This document shows positions 31,857 through 32,000 of a stretch of DNA of 32,000 bases, piece after piece. This DNA comes from Acaryochloris marina S15 (GTDB lineage: Bacteria; Cyanobacteriota; Cyanobacteriia; Thermosynechococcales; Thermosynechococcaceae). Both the position numbers and the translations under genes were made by a program. Positions within the stretch are counted from its first letter, which is position 1, and each line of letters opens with the position of its first letter. The stretch lies in the NCBI RefSeq assembly GCF_018336915.1, contig NZ_CP064925.1, positions 90,001-122,000 of the forward strand, in the 5' to 3' direction. The notes below the pieces were generated by a model that worked only from the letters and a program-made list of their open reading frames with translations, had not been told where the DNA came from and ran no database searches.

Positions 31857-32000
31857 GCTTTGAAGATTACGTGACCAACGCCAATCGTCATCTTTGGTAC
31901 CTGTTGGTCTTTCGAGTCGGTTCTTTCCAAATCGATCTAAATCGCTTTAAACCTTTCCTGTTGATATTGATCTCGTCGTCTATCAGCTTAAGTTCATCGT

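Noticed and set aside
1-32000. Search for CRISPR arrays, tRNA, rRNA or other structured RNA genes
   Set aside because: There are no regularly spaced identical repeats with unique spacers. I could see no cloverleaf-like segments or rRNA-like conserved blocks. The only periodic DNA is coding (pentapeptide repeats and the relaxase repeats).

Overview
The window looks like a mosaic segment of a large cyanobacterial-type plasmid. That host assignment is an inference from the gene content: a cyAbrB regulator, pentapeptide-repeat proteins, RpoD-like sigma paralogues, an Nfu_N+HEAT protein and the IS families present. No rRNA, tRNA or CRISPR array was found. Layout by coordinate follows. (1) 1-2650: a small membrane-protein gene whose 3' end is displaced by an intact IS256-family element (8-bp target duplication), then a hypothetical gene and a truncated AbiEii-like nucleotidyltransferase. 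(2) 2653-8907, minus strand: a 1940-aa MOBF (TrwC/TraI-like) relaxase-helicase that continues into an 87-aa repeat region and a DUF3854/Toprim-like C-terminus. A well-formed 155-aa ORF is nested in its +1 frame, and a 138-aa degenerate copy of the relaxase N-terminus lies upstream. (3) 8908-13435, plus strand: ACTAC iterons, a ParM-like actin-fold ATPase, a small acidic-tailed partner and five further genes. A conserved GGCGGTATATTACCTGTCACC-type motif recurs six times, each copy just upstream of an ORF start. (4) 13576-18925: four tightly packed genes with no recognisable function, including a 1062-aa protein with a triplicated module and an HTH-pentapeptide fusion. (5) 18926-20392: a sharply AT-rich single-gene island. 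(6) 20385-26415: a regulator cluster with two paralogous sigma-70 factors flanking a pentapeptide-repeat gene, HU, an IS630 element with an A_AAA_AAC -1 frameshift site, and cyAbrB. (7) 26465-32000: small hypotheticals, an ISL3 element with a perfect 8-bp duplication, a DUF4259 gene plus a decayed paralogue, and an Nfu_N+HEAT (CvfC-like) protein. The strongest candidates for new biology are the dual-coding stretch inside the relaxase, the six-copy promoter/operator motif, and the 13.6-20.4 kb block of unknown genes.
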